A DNA stretch of 64,000 bases from Macrostomum lignano (GCA_002269645.1 NIVC01000038.1:310001-374000); one strand, 5' to 3'. Counted from the stretch's first letter, positions 22,501-34,678 are shown. The notes: generated by a model from the sequence alone, not told the origin. Translations and numbers: made by a program.

Positions 22501-24435
22501 GACTTCTAGGTGACCATTTCTAGCAGCAGATTGGGCAGCTTGGATGCAGAAATCATCTTTTTTAGTTTGGTCAGCGACTGTCAGGACAAGAAACTTGACG
22601 ACTTCTAGGTGACCCTCAACTGCAGAAGATTGGGCAGCTTGGATGCAGAAATCATCTTTTTTAGTTTGGTCAGCGACTGTGTGGACAAGAAACTTGATGA
22701 CTTCTAGGTGACCACTTCTTGCAGCAGATTGGGCAGCTTGGATGCAGAAATCATCTTTTTTAGTTTGGTCAGCGACTGTGTGGACAAGAAACTTGACGAC
22801 TTCTAGGTGACCATTTCTAGCAGCAGATTGGGCAGCTTGGATGCAGAAATCATCTTTTTTAGTTTGGTCAGCGACTGTCAGGACAAGAAACTTGACGACT
22901 TCTAGGTGACCATTTCTAGCAGCAGATTGGGCAGCTTGGATGCAGAAATCATCTTTTTTAGTTTGGTCAGCGACTGTCAGGACAAGAAACTTGACGACTT
23001 CTAGGTGACCATTTCTAGCAGCAGATTGGGCAGCTTGGATGCAGAAATCATCTTTTTTAGTTTGGTCAGCGACTGTGTGGACAAGAAACTTGACGACTTC
23101 TAGGTGACCATTTCTAGCAGCAGATTGGGCAGCTTGGATGCAGAAATCATCTTTTTTAGTTTGGTCAGCGACTGTCAGGACAAGAAACTTGACGACTTCT
23201 AGGTGACCATTTCTAGCAGCAGATTGGGCAGCTTGGATGCAGAAATCATCTTTTTTAGTTTGGTCAGCGACTGTCAGGACAAGAAACTTGACGACTTCTA
23301 GGTGACCATTTCTAGCAGCAGATTGGGCAGCTTGGATGCAGAAATCATCTTTTTTAGTTTGGTCAGCGACTGTGTGGACAAGAAACTTGACGACTTCTAG
23401 GTGACCATTTCTAGCAGCAGATTGGGCAGCTTGGATGCAGAAATCATCTTTTTTAGTTTGATCAGCGACTGTGTGGACAAGAAACTTGACGACTTCTAGG
23501 TGACCATTTCTAGCAGCAGATTGGGCAGCTTGGATGCGGAAATCATCTTTTTTAGTTTTGTTAGCGACTGTCTGAACAAGGAACTTGACGACGTCTGGGT
23601 GATCCTCCATTGCAGCGGAATCGGCAGCTCGGATGCAGCAATCATCTCTTTTAGTTTGGTCAGCGATTGTGCGGACAAGAAACTTGACGAATTCTAGGTG
23701 ACCCTCAACTGCAGAAGATTCGGCAGCTTGGATGCAGAAATCATCTTTTTTAGTTTGGTCAGCGACTGTCTGAACAAGAAACTGGACGACTTCTAGATGA
23801 CCATTGGTTGCAGCAGATTGGGCAGCTTGGATACAGCAATCATCTTTTTTATTTTGGTCAGCGACTTTCTGGACAAAAAACTTGACGACTTCTAGATGAC
23901 CATTGGTTGCAGCAGATTTAGCAGCTTGGATGCAGGAATAATATTTTTTAGTTTCGTCAGTGAATGTCTGAACAAGGAACTTGACGACGTCTAGGTGACC
24001 TTTTATTGCAGCATATTCGGCAGCTCGGATGCAGAAATCATCTCTTTTAGTTTGATCAGCGACTGTGTGGACAAGAAACTTGATGACTTCTAGGTGACCA
24101 CTTCTTGCAGCATATTCGGCAGCTTGGATGCAGCAATCATCTTTTTTAGTTTGGTCAGCGATTGTCTGGACAAGAAACTCGACGACTTCCCATTGACCAT
24201 CGCTTGTAGCATATTCGGCAGCTTGGATGCAGTAATCATCTTTTTTAGTTTGGTCAGCGATTCTCTTCAAAAAAAACGTGACGACGTGTAGGTGACCATA
24301 TCGTGCAGCCAGTGGAGCATTTCTTATGCAGAAGCGGGTTTTGGCTGTTTGTCGTGGTCGAAGCAGCAGATGAGCTCTGAGTGCGGTGATGTTGCCAGTG
24401 GTGACAGCTTCATGGGAGCTGATGTATTGGCCCAT
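17813..24435 (-). CDS. Ankyrin-repeat cGAS-like receptor (ANK-cGLR/Mab-21 nucleotidyltransferase), copy A; predicted exons 24435-21095, 20531-20478, 20237-19867, 19503-17813; 1818 aa
   Basis: All three introns are GT..AG with consistent phases (2,2,1) and total length 5457 nt. NTase motif GSYAEG..DSDID, third Asp in QDTCHAIRC, Mab-21 motifs LRVSFSFQE, LIKFIFK, LKTYHAKTLLF, PHFFMP. Exons 2-4 are conserved with copy B. Confidence 0.8.
19867..20237 (-). CDS. cGLR-A exon with spine helix and NTase signature (GS..DxD)
   Basis: RLSEELHRLL..GF..QR; MTGSYAEGWANSL..AADSDIDWTV; acceptor TTCCAG and donor GTGAGT conserved in copy B. Confidence 0.88.
21095..24435 (-). CDS. Ankyrin-repeat exon (about 27 x 33-aa repeats plus C-terminal canonical ankyrins); exon 1 of ANK-cGLR-A
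   Basis: Unit AAQSAARNGHLEVVKFLVxTVADQTKKDDFCIQ (99 bp); canonical repeats TALMLAADAGH, GRTALSRACEAGH. The ORF ends GG|GTGAGT, so the apparent TGA lies within a donor site. Confidence 0.9.
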
Positions 24436-24469
24436 TGGAGGTGAAAATCTACTGGCGTATTGAAAGTCT

Positions 24470-24583
24470 GCAGATGTCAGTCACGGCTGCTGTCAGAGTG
24501 GCAGATGTCCGTCACGGCTGCTGTCAGAGTGGCAGATCTCAGTCACGGCTGCTGTCAGAGTGGCAGATGTCAGTCACGGCTGC
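24470..24583. repeat. 31-bp tandem repeat (GTCACGGCTGCTGTCAGAGTGGCAGATGTCA), about 3.7 copies, just upstream of the ANK-cGLR start codon
   Basis: Units start at 24480, 24511, 24542, 24573. Confidence 0.9.
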
Positions 24584-25989
24584 TTCTGAGCCCTTTTACC
24601 CTCAGGATGACAACGGAGAGGCAGTTGCTGCAGCGGCCACCCCAAGCTGTACTTGATGAGGCTGAGGTGGCCCATTGTGCTTCAGCGTAGTCAGAGATTT
24701 CCGAACGCATTTAATTTATGTCCTACTGAGCGGTTTAAAATGCTGCTCAGTCCCTCAGTACACCATGTAGGTTTGAAGAGGGGTTTAAGTGCTAAACTGT
24801 ACAAGGCGTTTGAGGGAGAAAGAAGATAGGGAGAAGGAAGGGAGGGAAGAATAGGGGAGAGGGAGGGATGGGGGAGAGAGAGAGGGAGGGGTAAGGGGGC
24901 ATTGTTAAGTCGCCTTGGTGAGTTTTTCTCTCTCGGCCATGTCAACTGCAGCAGCTTCAGCCAGTTATACAGTGTAGAGAGTTAATAAAACCATACCCTA
25001 AAGCACTACTTAAATTGATGCTCTTGGAAAAGTCTATTTTAATCCGCAAACTAGAGTCACGCGCAAATAGAGTGACTCAAAACTCCACGTAGGACCAACG
25101 TCTGTTTGATCAAAAAACCGGATTTCAGCAGCTGTATTTGCTTAACTCCATATATGGTAATGCTCAAACATTCATGACCGCTTAATCAAACAGGTTTTAC
25201 CTTAAAATTTTGCTATAAATAAATGAAAATCCGAGTTTAAAATTCTGACTTAGAGCGGTCCCTAAGACGACTTCGAAGAAACAAAGAAGACCAATCTCTG
25301 AGGGACTAGGCCCAATTGGTAAACGTTTACCGGATTTATTTCTTTGCTAATAGGTTGATTAATTAAGTTTGGCAGAGCTGTTTTTGTCGATACATTAAGG
25401 AAAGGCCTCCTTGTTTCCTAGGATATATTCCTAGAGAATTTATTGATTAGTTTGAGTTACCCGTTACGTTTCGGACATAACGAAGAAGGCGCCCTTCAGG
25501 AGGACCCATGCAGAGCTCAGAGAATTTAATTGTTCATTAGGACCTACGGTATGCTTTTAATTTCGAGCTCGAGGACCATCAAGACTTCTGATTCGCTCTC
25601 GTTTTTGGTCGACTCAAAAATAAAGTTAAGGACTCACGGAAGCAATTCGCTCTCGCCGAAGCCAGTCGTTACAACAACAGAAGAGCAAGGCCTATTGGTT
25701 CACCTACGATGCACACCACTACCCGAATAAGACGTCTACAAACTACAAGTGGATCCGCACCAGTAAGATTTACTTGAGTTTGCGTGTACCTAGGCACTTG
25801 TTTCCATAGTGTTTAAATGTGATAGTTTTCAAGTGACTGATCCAACACTGAAACTCTTCATTGGGAAGCAGCAGAGCTCTCTGCCCCTCTCTCTGTCTCA
25901 CCCTCACTGCCGACCAGCCACTCCTTCCAGTACGAATTGAGACAAAGGGCTCAAGTGCCCTAATTGCGCCTCCACGTTGATGCCGTCAA

Positions 25990-26300
25990 GATCAAGTCAA
26001 GATGGCAGTAAGATGATTGTTCACCATTTCATTCAACTCCCAAGGCGTTGTGGCAGTTGAAATATTTCCTGAGGGCAGCACTGTGACTGCTAAGCATTAC
26101 GCCAAAGCAGTGCTGCTGGTTGTGCTGCAGGAGAAGCGGCAGCAGGCAAGAACTCGGCGTCGTGTCAGGCTGCTGCATTCACGCATTATTTAGGAATTAT
26201 TAGAGCAGCAGAGGGTTTAGCTGCCGCCCCACCCACTTTGCTCGCCAGACCTCTCACCCTCTGAATTTCTGGGCGGCCTTTTTCGCGCATTCAAGACCTG
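25990..26300 (+). mobile_element. Mariner (Tc1/mariner) transposase remnant
   Basis: Translates FNSQGVVAVEIFPEGSTVTAKHY..VL..RVRLLH and LPPHPLCSPDLSPSEF (decayed HPPYSPDLAPSDF); frameshifted. Confidence 0.75.
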
Positions 26301-27829
26301 GCTAGAGCAGAACTGGAGAGGGTGCCCACAGATAAAATCCAGAAGACATCAGCTCCTTCCTTCAACAAAAATGAAGTCGCCACACATCTAGACAGTTGAA
26401 ATATTCAAACAGATTTCTACGAGGCCTGACTTTTTATATAATCGCTAATGTACTAGGAGCAGTACTTTCAGACCTCATTTGCGCATAGTAGCAGTGTCAT
26501 TCATCGCCAAGCCTTATCTGCATCGGCTGACCTCAGGACACAACTGTCAGCGTGTGCGTTCGGATGTGCTCAATGTTTCTCTAATTTTGTACGCAGTGTG
26601 GTTTGCACACCTACAAAACTCTTAAGGTCGGCACAGCCGGATGGCCGAGTCCCAATGCAACAATCGGTGCAGGGCGAGTCCGGCCGACAGGTTCAACAGC
26701 AACATCTTCAGCTCTGGCCGTTCTAGTTCGTGCTAGTTCGTCTATGCCCTGTTGAATCAACAAAATCTCAATTCTTTTTAGACGCCCCCCATTCGGGCTC
26801 AGCACTTGAATTTTCTTAAAAGTTAAGAAAGCCCCAATCCAACACCATTGACCTGATTCACTTGAGCAAGAGTTAAGAACCATCTATTTGCCGTTCCTGA
26901 CGCCCCAGCGTCGCAGAATTCCTACTGTGTTGAACCTTGTCTAAAAAACAGAAAATTTTGATTATCGATCCGCCGTCATCTGATCGCATGCCTATTCATC
27001 AAAAAATGCTCCGATAAAACCTTGGAGTGCCAACCATCTGACTGTGAAGGTTGGCAGCAGCTGGGATCCAACCCTGATGGACGAGTCTTTCAAGAACTGG
27101 ACGGAATGCGTCACGCTCAGCTACCCGGAGTCGAGCTCCGACTCGCTGCTTCAGCTGCTGTGTCACGGTCAACCAGTTGTGAGATTGGTGGCTTTCCTGG
27201 AGGTTGTCTCGGCCGGTAGGCACGGCTGATGTGAAATGAAGGTAGGTGGCGATGCTCTCCATGACTGCTACAAGTTGGCAAGGAATAAAAGCTAGCAAAG
27301 TGCAGTGCTAAGACTGTTGAGAGTCGCTCTCAGTAACTGGATGAGGGAGGGTCGGACGCTGCTTACTAACCCGACCAACTCTGCTTAACTTGCACGTGCT
27401 GAAGAGTATAGTGCCAGCATTTCTTAATGAAAATACAGAAAATCAATGCTTTAAATTACCTGAATTGGGTCATCAATTTATACCGTAGATGCAACAAGAA
27501 TCTGAACGCTTTATTCTACGGTTACGAGCGCAAAAAGTATAAAAATCTTACTAACGCTTTTGGCATTTGCACATTCGCAACACTCAATCTGGAACTGCAC
27601 CATTCAGAACAGCTGCACGATCGCCAGCCAATGACGCGGTTTCTAAAGCGATTTCTCGTGCCGCTGACGCGCAGAGTTCGGCTGGATTGCAGAATAGATT
27701 TCCAGTCAAGAGTCGGGACAGGTTCGCTCTGGGTGCACCTGGTGGCTCACTATGAGCAGAGTGACATTCTGCTGAATGTAAACCTCATGCTGCAGTTATC
27801 TTAAATATACTAAATCGTAAATACACTGA

Positions 27830-28250
27830 TCTGATGCTGTTGCTGTTGCTGTGGTTGTTGTTGATACCAAGTTCTACTGCTGACCCCCGTCCCCCTCCAC
27901 GGTGGGTGCTTCTTCCACCACTCCCAGAGCACCTTAGCCTACCTCGGGCGCTCGCTGAGGTCGCTAAGCTCGCTCAGACCCAACTCCCTCCCCCGTCTCT
28001 CCGAGGCAGCGCAGACCATCACATGCTCTATAGTTTCCTCCTCGATCCTCCCCGCACATCCGGCACCTGTCCTCCTCTTGCTGCCCGATCCTCTTCCTGT
28101 ACGCGGCCAACTCCAGCGAATGTCCCGTCCTAGCTCTCCTGAAGCTGACCTCGTATGCCCGACTCTCAAACTCCGGGTCTCTGCTACCGTGCTTGGAGCT
28201 GCCATACGTCCTTCTCATTCTCTCATGTCTCCACTCCTTATTAGAAGATA
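27830..28250 (-). mobile_element. 3' fragment of a non-LTR retrotransposon (C-terminal CCHC knuckle plus short-repeat tail)
   Basis: LRVGHT..RIG..EDRCRMCG..EETIEHVMVC split across frames; CAACAG-type tail near 27830-27860. Confidence 0.65.
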
Positions 28251-29029
28251 AGCCTACTTCTTGTCCGGCATCTGGATAGGCGGTCTGGACGCCAGTGAGA
28301 ATTCAAGCGACGGCGAACCTTGCGCTGCTGCACAGGTTGTTCGTCCTTTCTACTCGCGGCAACGGCTCCAAGCGTCTCCAGCAGCCCCTCGGATGTCACT
28401 CAAATGCTTCCGGTGCCATTGTTGACATCATCTGATCGGTGGCTGCTCAGCAAACTCGGCTCTAAGCTTTCGATTCGACAGGACTTCATTGGGCCAGTTG
28501 TGGCTAAACACGTTTTTATCACGCCTCTGCCTTACGCTCGTCAATTATTGGTGCAGATAGATATTCTGGGCTTTCCCATTGGAAATAGTTTGAAAAGAGA
28601 AGCGCGATATGTTAAAAAATCGAAAGATCCGTAGTGTCGATTAAAACGTGTTTGCTCCGCAGTCAAGTCGATGGACATCTTCATCTGACTAACATGGCGG
28701 TTGAAGCTGAAAACTGCTTGAAATCGATTTTCAGCGATCGATCTTTCCGTTTCGTGGGGCGGGCTTTGTTAACAGGGCTGGGATCTAACAAAAGCCACAC
28801 AAATCAATATGTACTTCGAAATTGCATGTCATTGTTATAGTCAACTATCACGCAAAAGAAATAGTGGGAGAGCACTCTTGCTCCCAGGCTGTCGTATGTA
28901 CTCGCACTTGCTAAAGTCATCTGCCTTCACTTCAAACCGAGAACTTTAACCGTTGAAATAAGTCAATAAAATACTTACAGTAACTCATAAATATAAACTG
29001 AGATTACGTATATTTTTTAATAAGCTGCA

Positions 29030-32000
29030 GAATTTAAGCATCAGCAACGGAGAGACAAAACCTGCGGCTCAATTGTAATTTCGATGCACCGGGAGAATGC
29101 CAAGTGTCCAGTGGATGAAATTCTCCGTCTGGCTCTCATCGCAGAAATGAGTGGGCTCAGACCCAGCAGCGTGTACTCGAGTCCGTGAAACTCAAAGACC
29201 TCTCAATTACCAAAATACTCGATCTTGTCGCCCAGCTTGACTAGGTCAAGTAGTTCGTATCAACCCGATCGAGCATAAACTCTGCCCAACACGCGCATCA
29301 AAATTCAGTTCTGTTATAAGTAAAGGAGGTCGAAGTCTAGCGCGTGATAGTAGCAGCAATTACATTTAGTGACGTGTGTGCCAAACTGAAGCAGCATATC
29401 CTTTTTTATTCTGAATAAATAGCTGGGTCTTAATGGCTCAAAAATGATAGCCATATACAATATATAACAAGTTCTAAAATGCATCATAACGATCATCGTA
29501 AAGCCACGCACCCACCAGTAGACCTCGCATTTTGATAATTTGGACGACAGCAGGCTCCAGGAAAATGGAAAAACCTGTTCAAAATTCTCCGAGTCGAGCC
29601 ACTTTGCTGCCATCCGCTCCCATCTGCATCTGTCATCTTGGGCTATCCATGGCTCCCATCTGCATCTATCATATTGGGCTATCCATATAGTTAGGCGGAG
29701 AACCTCCCTTTCTGTACTTTTACATTCGCAGTCTGCGGCGAAATTCTTCACATTGACACCACCAACTCGATCCATTCCATGGAAGAATCCAAATAGCAAA
29801 TCATCATTAATAAAAAATAGATTCAAATACAACTGGAAACGGGTGCGGAAATCAGTGCACTTCGCTGCCAGCGCCGTCTGCAAGCCTATGACGGGCATGC
29901 GATGCGATTACTGGGACAGTTGTCAATTGTCATAGAATATCGCCGGTTGCTGCACGCGATGGATTTGACTGTGGTTCAAGGCTTAAAGCTATTTGACTTG
30001 CTCGGACAGGACGTTATTCATGGTGACGAAGTGTTCAACACCTCTGCAGCGTGTCAGTGTTGCGTGTGAAGCAAATGTTCCTGATCGAAATTTATTTTCG
30101 TGACTGCGCAATTATTTTAATATCAAGAGGTCGAACGGACCAAACTAGGAATGAACAAAATAAAATGGACTGAGAGCTGCATTAGCTGTCAAGCTTAAAT
30201 TGAGGCTTAAGCAAAGCATAACAGTGGCATCCGCCAGCAGCTGATACCGAAATGCCTGGACGTCCGACAAAATCGTAATTAAAAAAATTTGGTAAGACAG
30301 CCGCTGATGAGAAATCGGTACCATCTGCGAGTTCCTCGAAATCCGTACAAGTTGCGACAGCGGTGAAAGCAAGCGCAAAAGATGCGTCAAAAAAGCGCTT
30401 TCAAGGCGCATATCTAAAATAATCAGGAAAGATGGGCGGCTCTAACTCTTTCTTTGGCCCTGCCCCCCCCCCGGTCCCTATCCCTTCGACGGTCATCAAT
30501 CGTCAGATCAACGACTGGGCAGATTCCCTTCACAGGGACAGAAGGACGGGCACCCAAAACTGCCGTAAATTTCGTGCCGCGGTTCCGTGCCCCTCTCGCA
30601 GGCTCAGAAACGTCCTTCTGAACCAAAATCGGAAGGATTTTCGAGCCCTTGTCATGACCTTTACCGGCCATGGCTACCTCGCCAGCCACTGCTTCCTCCG
30701 AGGCGATCTCGAGAGCGAACTTTGCCCTATTTGCGAGTACGACAATGAAGATGCTCGGCACTTTGGTTGTCACTGCCATTTTTTAACCAGAGACCGGCTA
30801 CGCTACCTCGGGCCAAACCGGTCCATTAGGTCTGCCAGCCCGATAGCATCTCACGGCTCATCCAGTTCCTTCGCGCGACTAGACAAGCCATTTTATTCCC
30901 CACAGAATATGACGCTTCGGGACGGACCGGCGGACCACCCTGACCAGCCTTACGCCTTTGCCTGCCTGCGGCCTTTAGGGGCTAGCGAAAATGGCGACCC
31001 TTGCCTACCCGCAGTGTCTACGGACCACCCTGCAGCTAAGTCAAGTAAGTCAAAGAGGTCGAGCGGACCAAACTATGAAAGAGAAAGTAAAATAGAGTGA
31101 GAGCTGCATAATCTGTCAAGCTCAAATTGAGGCTTGGAAAAGCACAACAGCCAGCAGTGCCGTCACGTCTACCCACGTCTACCACCGGCACGTCTACCCA
31201 CAAAACCTGCAAACAAGGGTGTGGAGGCAACCATGTAATCAGTTGATTGCGCTCAGCCTAGTTTGTGCTGGCCCGCTTAGTTGCATCGCCCAAATAAAAT
31301 CCGACTCGCACCCGATCCTAAATATCGAGTGTCTAATGCAAGGCTGAAACATGCAAAGAAATTTGCCTCTATCGATTTGCAATCAGCTTACTGGCAAATC
31401 GAGCTCGATGAGAATGCTTAGGACCTGTCAACCATCGACACGGCGAATGGCTTATTTCGAGTCAACCGCGTTAAAATGGGCATGAAGAATTCATACTTTA
31501 CTTTCCAGCGAGCCATGGAAAACATCCTTCATAACCTTAAGGACGTAGCCGTTTACCAGGATACCTGCGGATAAATCATCCTCACTTAGCAACCGGCTAC
31601 AGGCCGTAAAGACCAGACTGCGCGAAAAGAATGTCACTATCAACAATGATAAACGCACTGCGAAGTGTAACAAAATAGTAATTCCACCGGATGACAGTCT
31701 TGACATATGCTCAGCAACATTGAAAAGTCGACACTCTATGCGCCAGTGAGCAATTTCTCAAATGAAATTTTGGACTATTCTGATATAAAAGATGCGAGAA
31801 AATTGCATGACGGTTGCTTTAATCTGCCCAATCCTAGCACATGCCCCCCACTTTATTCTTCAACTCAGTTTTGCCGCGTGGCGTAGTGTAGTTGCGTCAC
31901 TCGCTAGATTGAGAGACTTTATCTGCCTTCTCAAAAGTGGCGACTATAGACGGAATCTTGAGGCATGGTGACTTTTCAATGTGGCTGATTATAGCTACGC

Positions 32001-32340
32001 TTTCAAAACGCAAGGAACTGGAGCAGTTTCTCGGTGTAGCTAACTTCTTCGGCCGGCTGATCCCAAACTTTGCTGGCGAAAGGAAGTGCCTGCATAACCT
32101 CCGGCGTGATGACGCCACATTTGTTTGGTCAGCCAAGTGCGATAGAGCGTTTATAGCGTTAAGAAAGGAAATCTCATCTGCACCTGAAGTCCAACTGTAT
32201 TCGCTTGAAAAGGAGTTATCAGTCACAACCTATGCCTCTCAAGGTGCACTTGCCAACGTCGTCGCACAAGACGGTCACCCACTAATATTCATATTTCGGT
32301 GCTTCGCAACAGCCGAAAAGAGTTATTCAAACATCTAAAC
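29030..32340 (+). mobile_element. Heavily decayed Gypsy LTR retrotransposon (gag, protease, RT, RNase H fragments), same family as 44287-47100
   Basis: 29030-29250, 29680-30060 and 31280-32340 align by eye with 44620-44800, 45100-45490 and 45650-46530 (e.g. ASIDLQSAYWQIELDE, RKELEQFLG). Confidence 0.8.
30432..31052 (+). mobile_element. 5'-truncated non-LTR retrotransposon 3' end inserted in the Gypsy relic
   Basis: FTGHGYL..H......CPICE..NEDARHFGCHC knuckle; ends in a TAAGTCAAG-type short tandem tail. Confidence 0.65.
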
Positions 32341-34550
32341 ATATTGTGGGCCGTCAATCACCTCAAACATTATCTTATAGGCGAAAATTCACCATAACAT
32401 GGCGAAACAACACTTTTGTGCCCACCAACACATCTTTTGCGAGCGATTTCGCAGCGCTGAAAAAACCGGATCTGAAACGACTGGAGCTGCTGATATCATG
32501 CAATGGGCTAGTAAAGAAGATCTCTCTGCAGTCCAACTAAAACTTTTGCAGCTAACTGAAATTGAAGGAGATGAGCATTGAATCCCATTTACTGCAATTA
32601 AACTCTTCAAGCTTATCAATCGCTATCTTTACTATTACTTCAGCTGCTGCATACGACTCTGGCTGTTTCTCAGACGCCAGCTGCATTGTCTCCGAATCAC
32701 ACAGTCTGAAAAGCATTGCACGGCAACCGAACTTTGGCTTTTCTCTGCTGAATGGGATACAGACGGCACAGAGGTCGCTGCAAGCCCAGTTAGAATGTCT
32801 AGCTAAATTTCGATTCAAACCAGAGGGTTCTGGTAGTTTTGGTAGATATTTTTGAGTAATTTACACAAGCTTCATTTTGCAGAGGACCCAATGGCACTTG
32901 AAAGCTCGTCAGCACAGTTTCACATCGTGTCAGACATTGAGCCGTCAGCATGGCAGCACGTTTTCAAACTGAGAGTGGAGTCAGTGGCTTTCAATCAGCC
33001 ACTCAAGCAAATCTAATATTCTTCATCAGTGCAGAGGCACCAAATGCGATGCAGTTCGAAATTCACGCCGTGGAATCCTGCCCTGCCCATCTGGAAGCCG
33101 ATGCCTCAATATCAGCCAGCTTTGCATCACCGTCTTGGATGGCTTCGACGCAGCCTTTGTGGAAGCAGACAAGAGTGGACAACTCTGTCTGTGAGCTTTT
33201 GGTGCCATTTGCAAGCGCGAAATAAATGTCGCTGGTTGCTTAAACCCTGTCTAGATGCGTCGCTGGCCAGTTCTCTCTCACTGCACAGGTAACTGCCACG
33301 CAGGTGCAGGATACCGACCCAAACTGCACGCTCAAGTCAGCGCTATCAAAGAGCAAATTTTCAATTCAGAATTCTGACTGTTTTTCAGCAGACACGACTG
33401 TGATGCGAGTGACGGTTGACAATAGAGATGCCGCTGAACCAACGCGAGCTAGCTGGTACAAAGACATTGTCCTTGAAGAAACTTGCAATGTACTCCAATT
33501 TGCTTTAACTGTACGTCATGTGCGGATGTGAGCATTGGTTAATGGCTAATAGCAGTTGTCTCCCACAATACCAGGCCTTGCTTGTAGTCAGCCACTCAAT
33601 TTCTGTGCAGTTTTGAATTCCAGTAGAGCCCGTGCCAGCAAATGAGAACGAGCTACACAACTCTCCATGTACGCCAATGATGACTGCAGATTGTGATGGG
33701 GCTGAGCAGCGACGGGGACTCACTCAAAACGCGACTGTGACTTTGTCAACGTGTCAAGAACTGTATGTCCAATACTGAGTCTGCTGTACTCCGAACTGCT
33801 AACTGGCTCAGGTGCTTCTTGCACCGAGTACCAGCGAACTGTACGAGTACCAGCAAACAATATTGGATTCTATTCTCAAGCAGACAGGTTTTCTTGCCGC
33901 GAATCTCCAGTAACCAACTTTTCCTGCCCATTTTTGACACAACGGATTCTAGATTGCAGCTCAAAAGTTCAACTTCTGCTTTGTTGGTCATCTGGATCTG
34001 CAATTCATACGAATGTCACATTCGAAAGAGTTGGTTTCGTCTGTTTGGAACTGGAACACAGCAGGTCACGTGCACAGCTTTGCGTCATACATACAGTCAA
34101 TTTCATTTGACTTTACAGAACATTTTGGGCTCTTAGATGTTTCTTGCGATGCTTGGATTGACGCTGGGTTTGTCTCAAATCAGCTGGAGTAGGAAGTTGT
34201 TCCAGATTTGAGTACCATTCTCACGTAGAGATCTCCAAACCTAGTAGACTACTAGAAGTAGTAAGATAAAATTATAAATACTAAGTTAAAAAAAGCAATG
34301 CGTCATACTCTATTTTTAGTAACACGTGTAATATCACGTAAACAGTGAGTGACTACCCTATTGTTCGAAAAACCGGTTCTTAACATCTATTTTTAAAACT
34401 TCCAAATATAGTAAATGTTAACCTGAATGCGACCCATGTCTCAACCCTTCCTATTCAAAAACCTCACCTGTCACATATTAAAATTACTTACGTAAACTCA
34501 TTAAAAAACCGGTTTTGAGCTCAAGGTCGACTCAAGGCCGAAAAATTGTG

Positions 34551-34678
34551 TATAAATACAAAGGCAAAATCCGAGCTGAAATCTCAGACTCGGAGCAGCC
34601 TCCAAAGATCTTGGGCTTTGCAAGAGCAGCCAAACGAGGCTATATCTCTGAGGAAGAGATAAACACCAATTGGTAAGC
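34551..34678 (+). promoter_or_regulatory. TATA box plus first-exon-like segment and splice donor (LTR/leader-like)
   Basis: TATAAATA 34551-34558; GTAAGC at 34673; no downstream ORF. Confidence 0.3.

Noticed and set aside
21091-24435. Stand-alone 1114-aa ankyrin gene as given by the ORF track
   Set aside because: The TGA lies within GTGAGT, and a phase-matched conserved exon follows; exon 1 of ANK-cGLR is the better model, though it is not proven without transcripts.
26500-27800. Short ORFs that look like decayed coding sequence
   Set aside because: No motif I could recognise; left unassigned.
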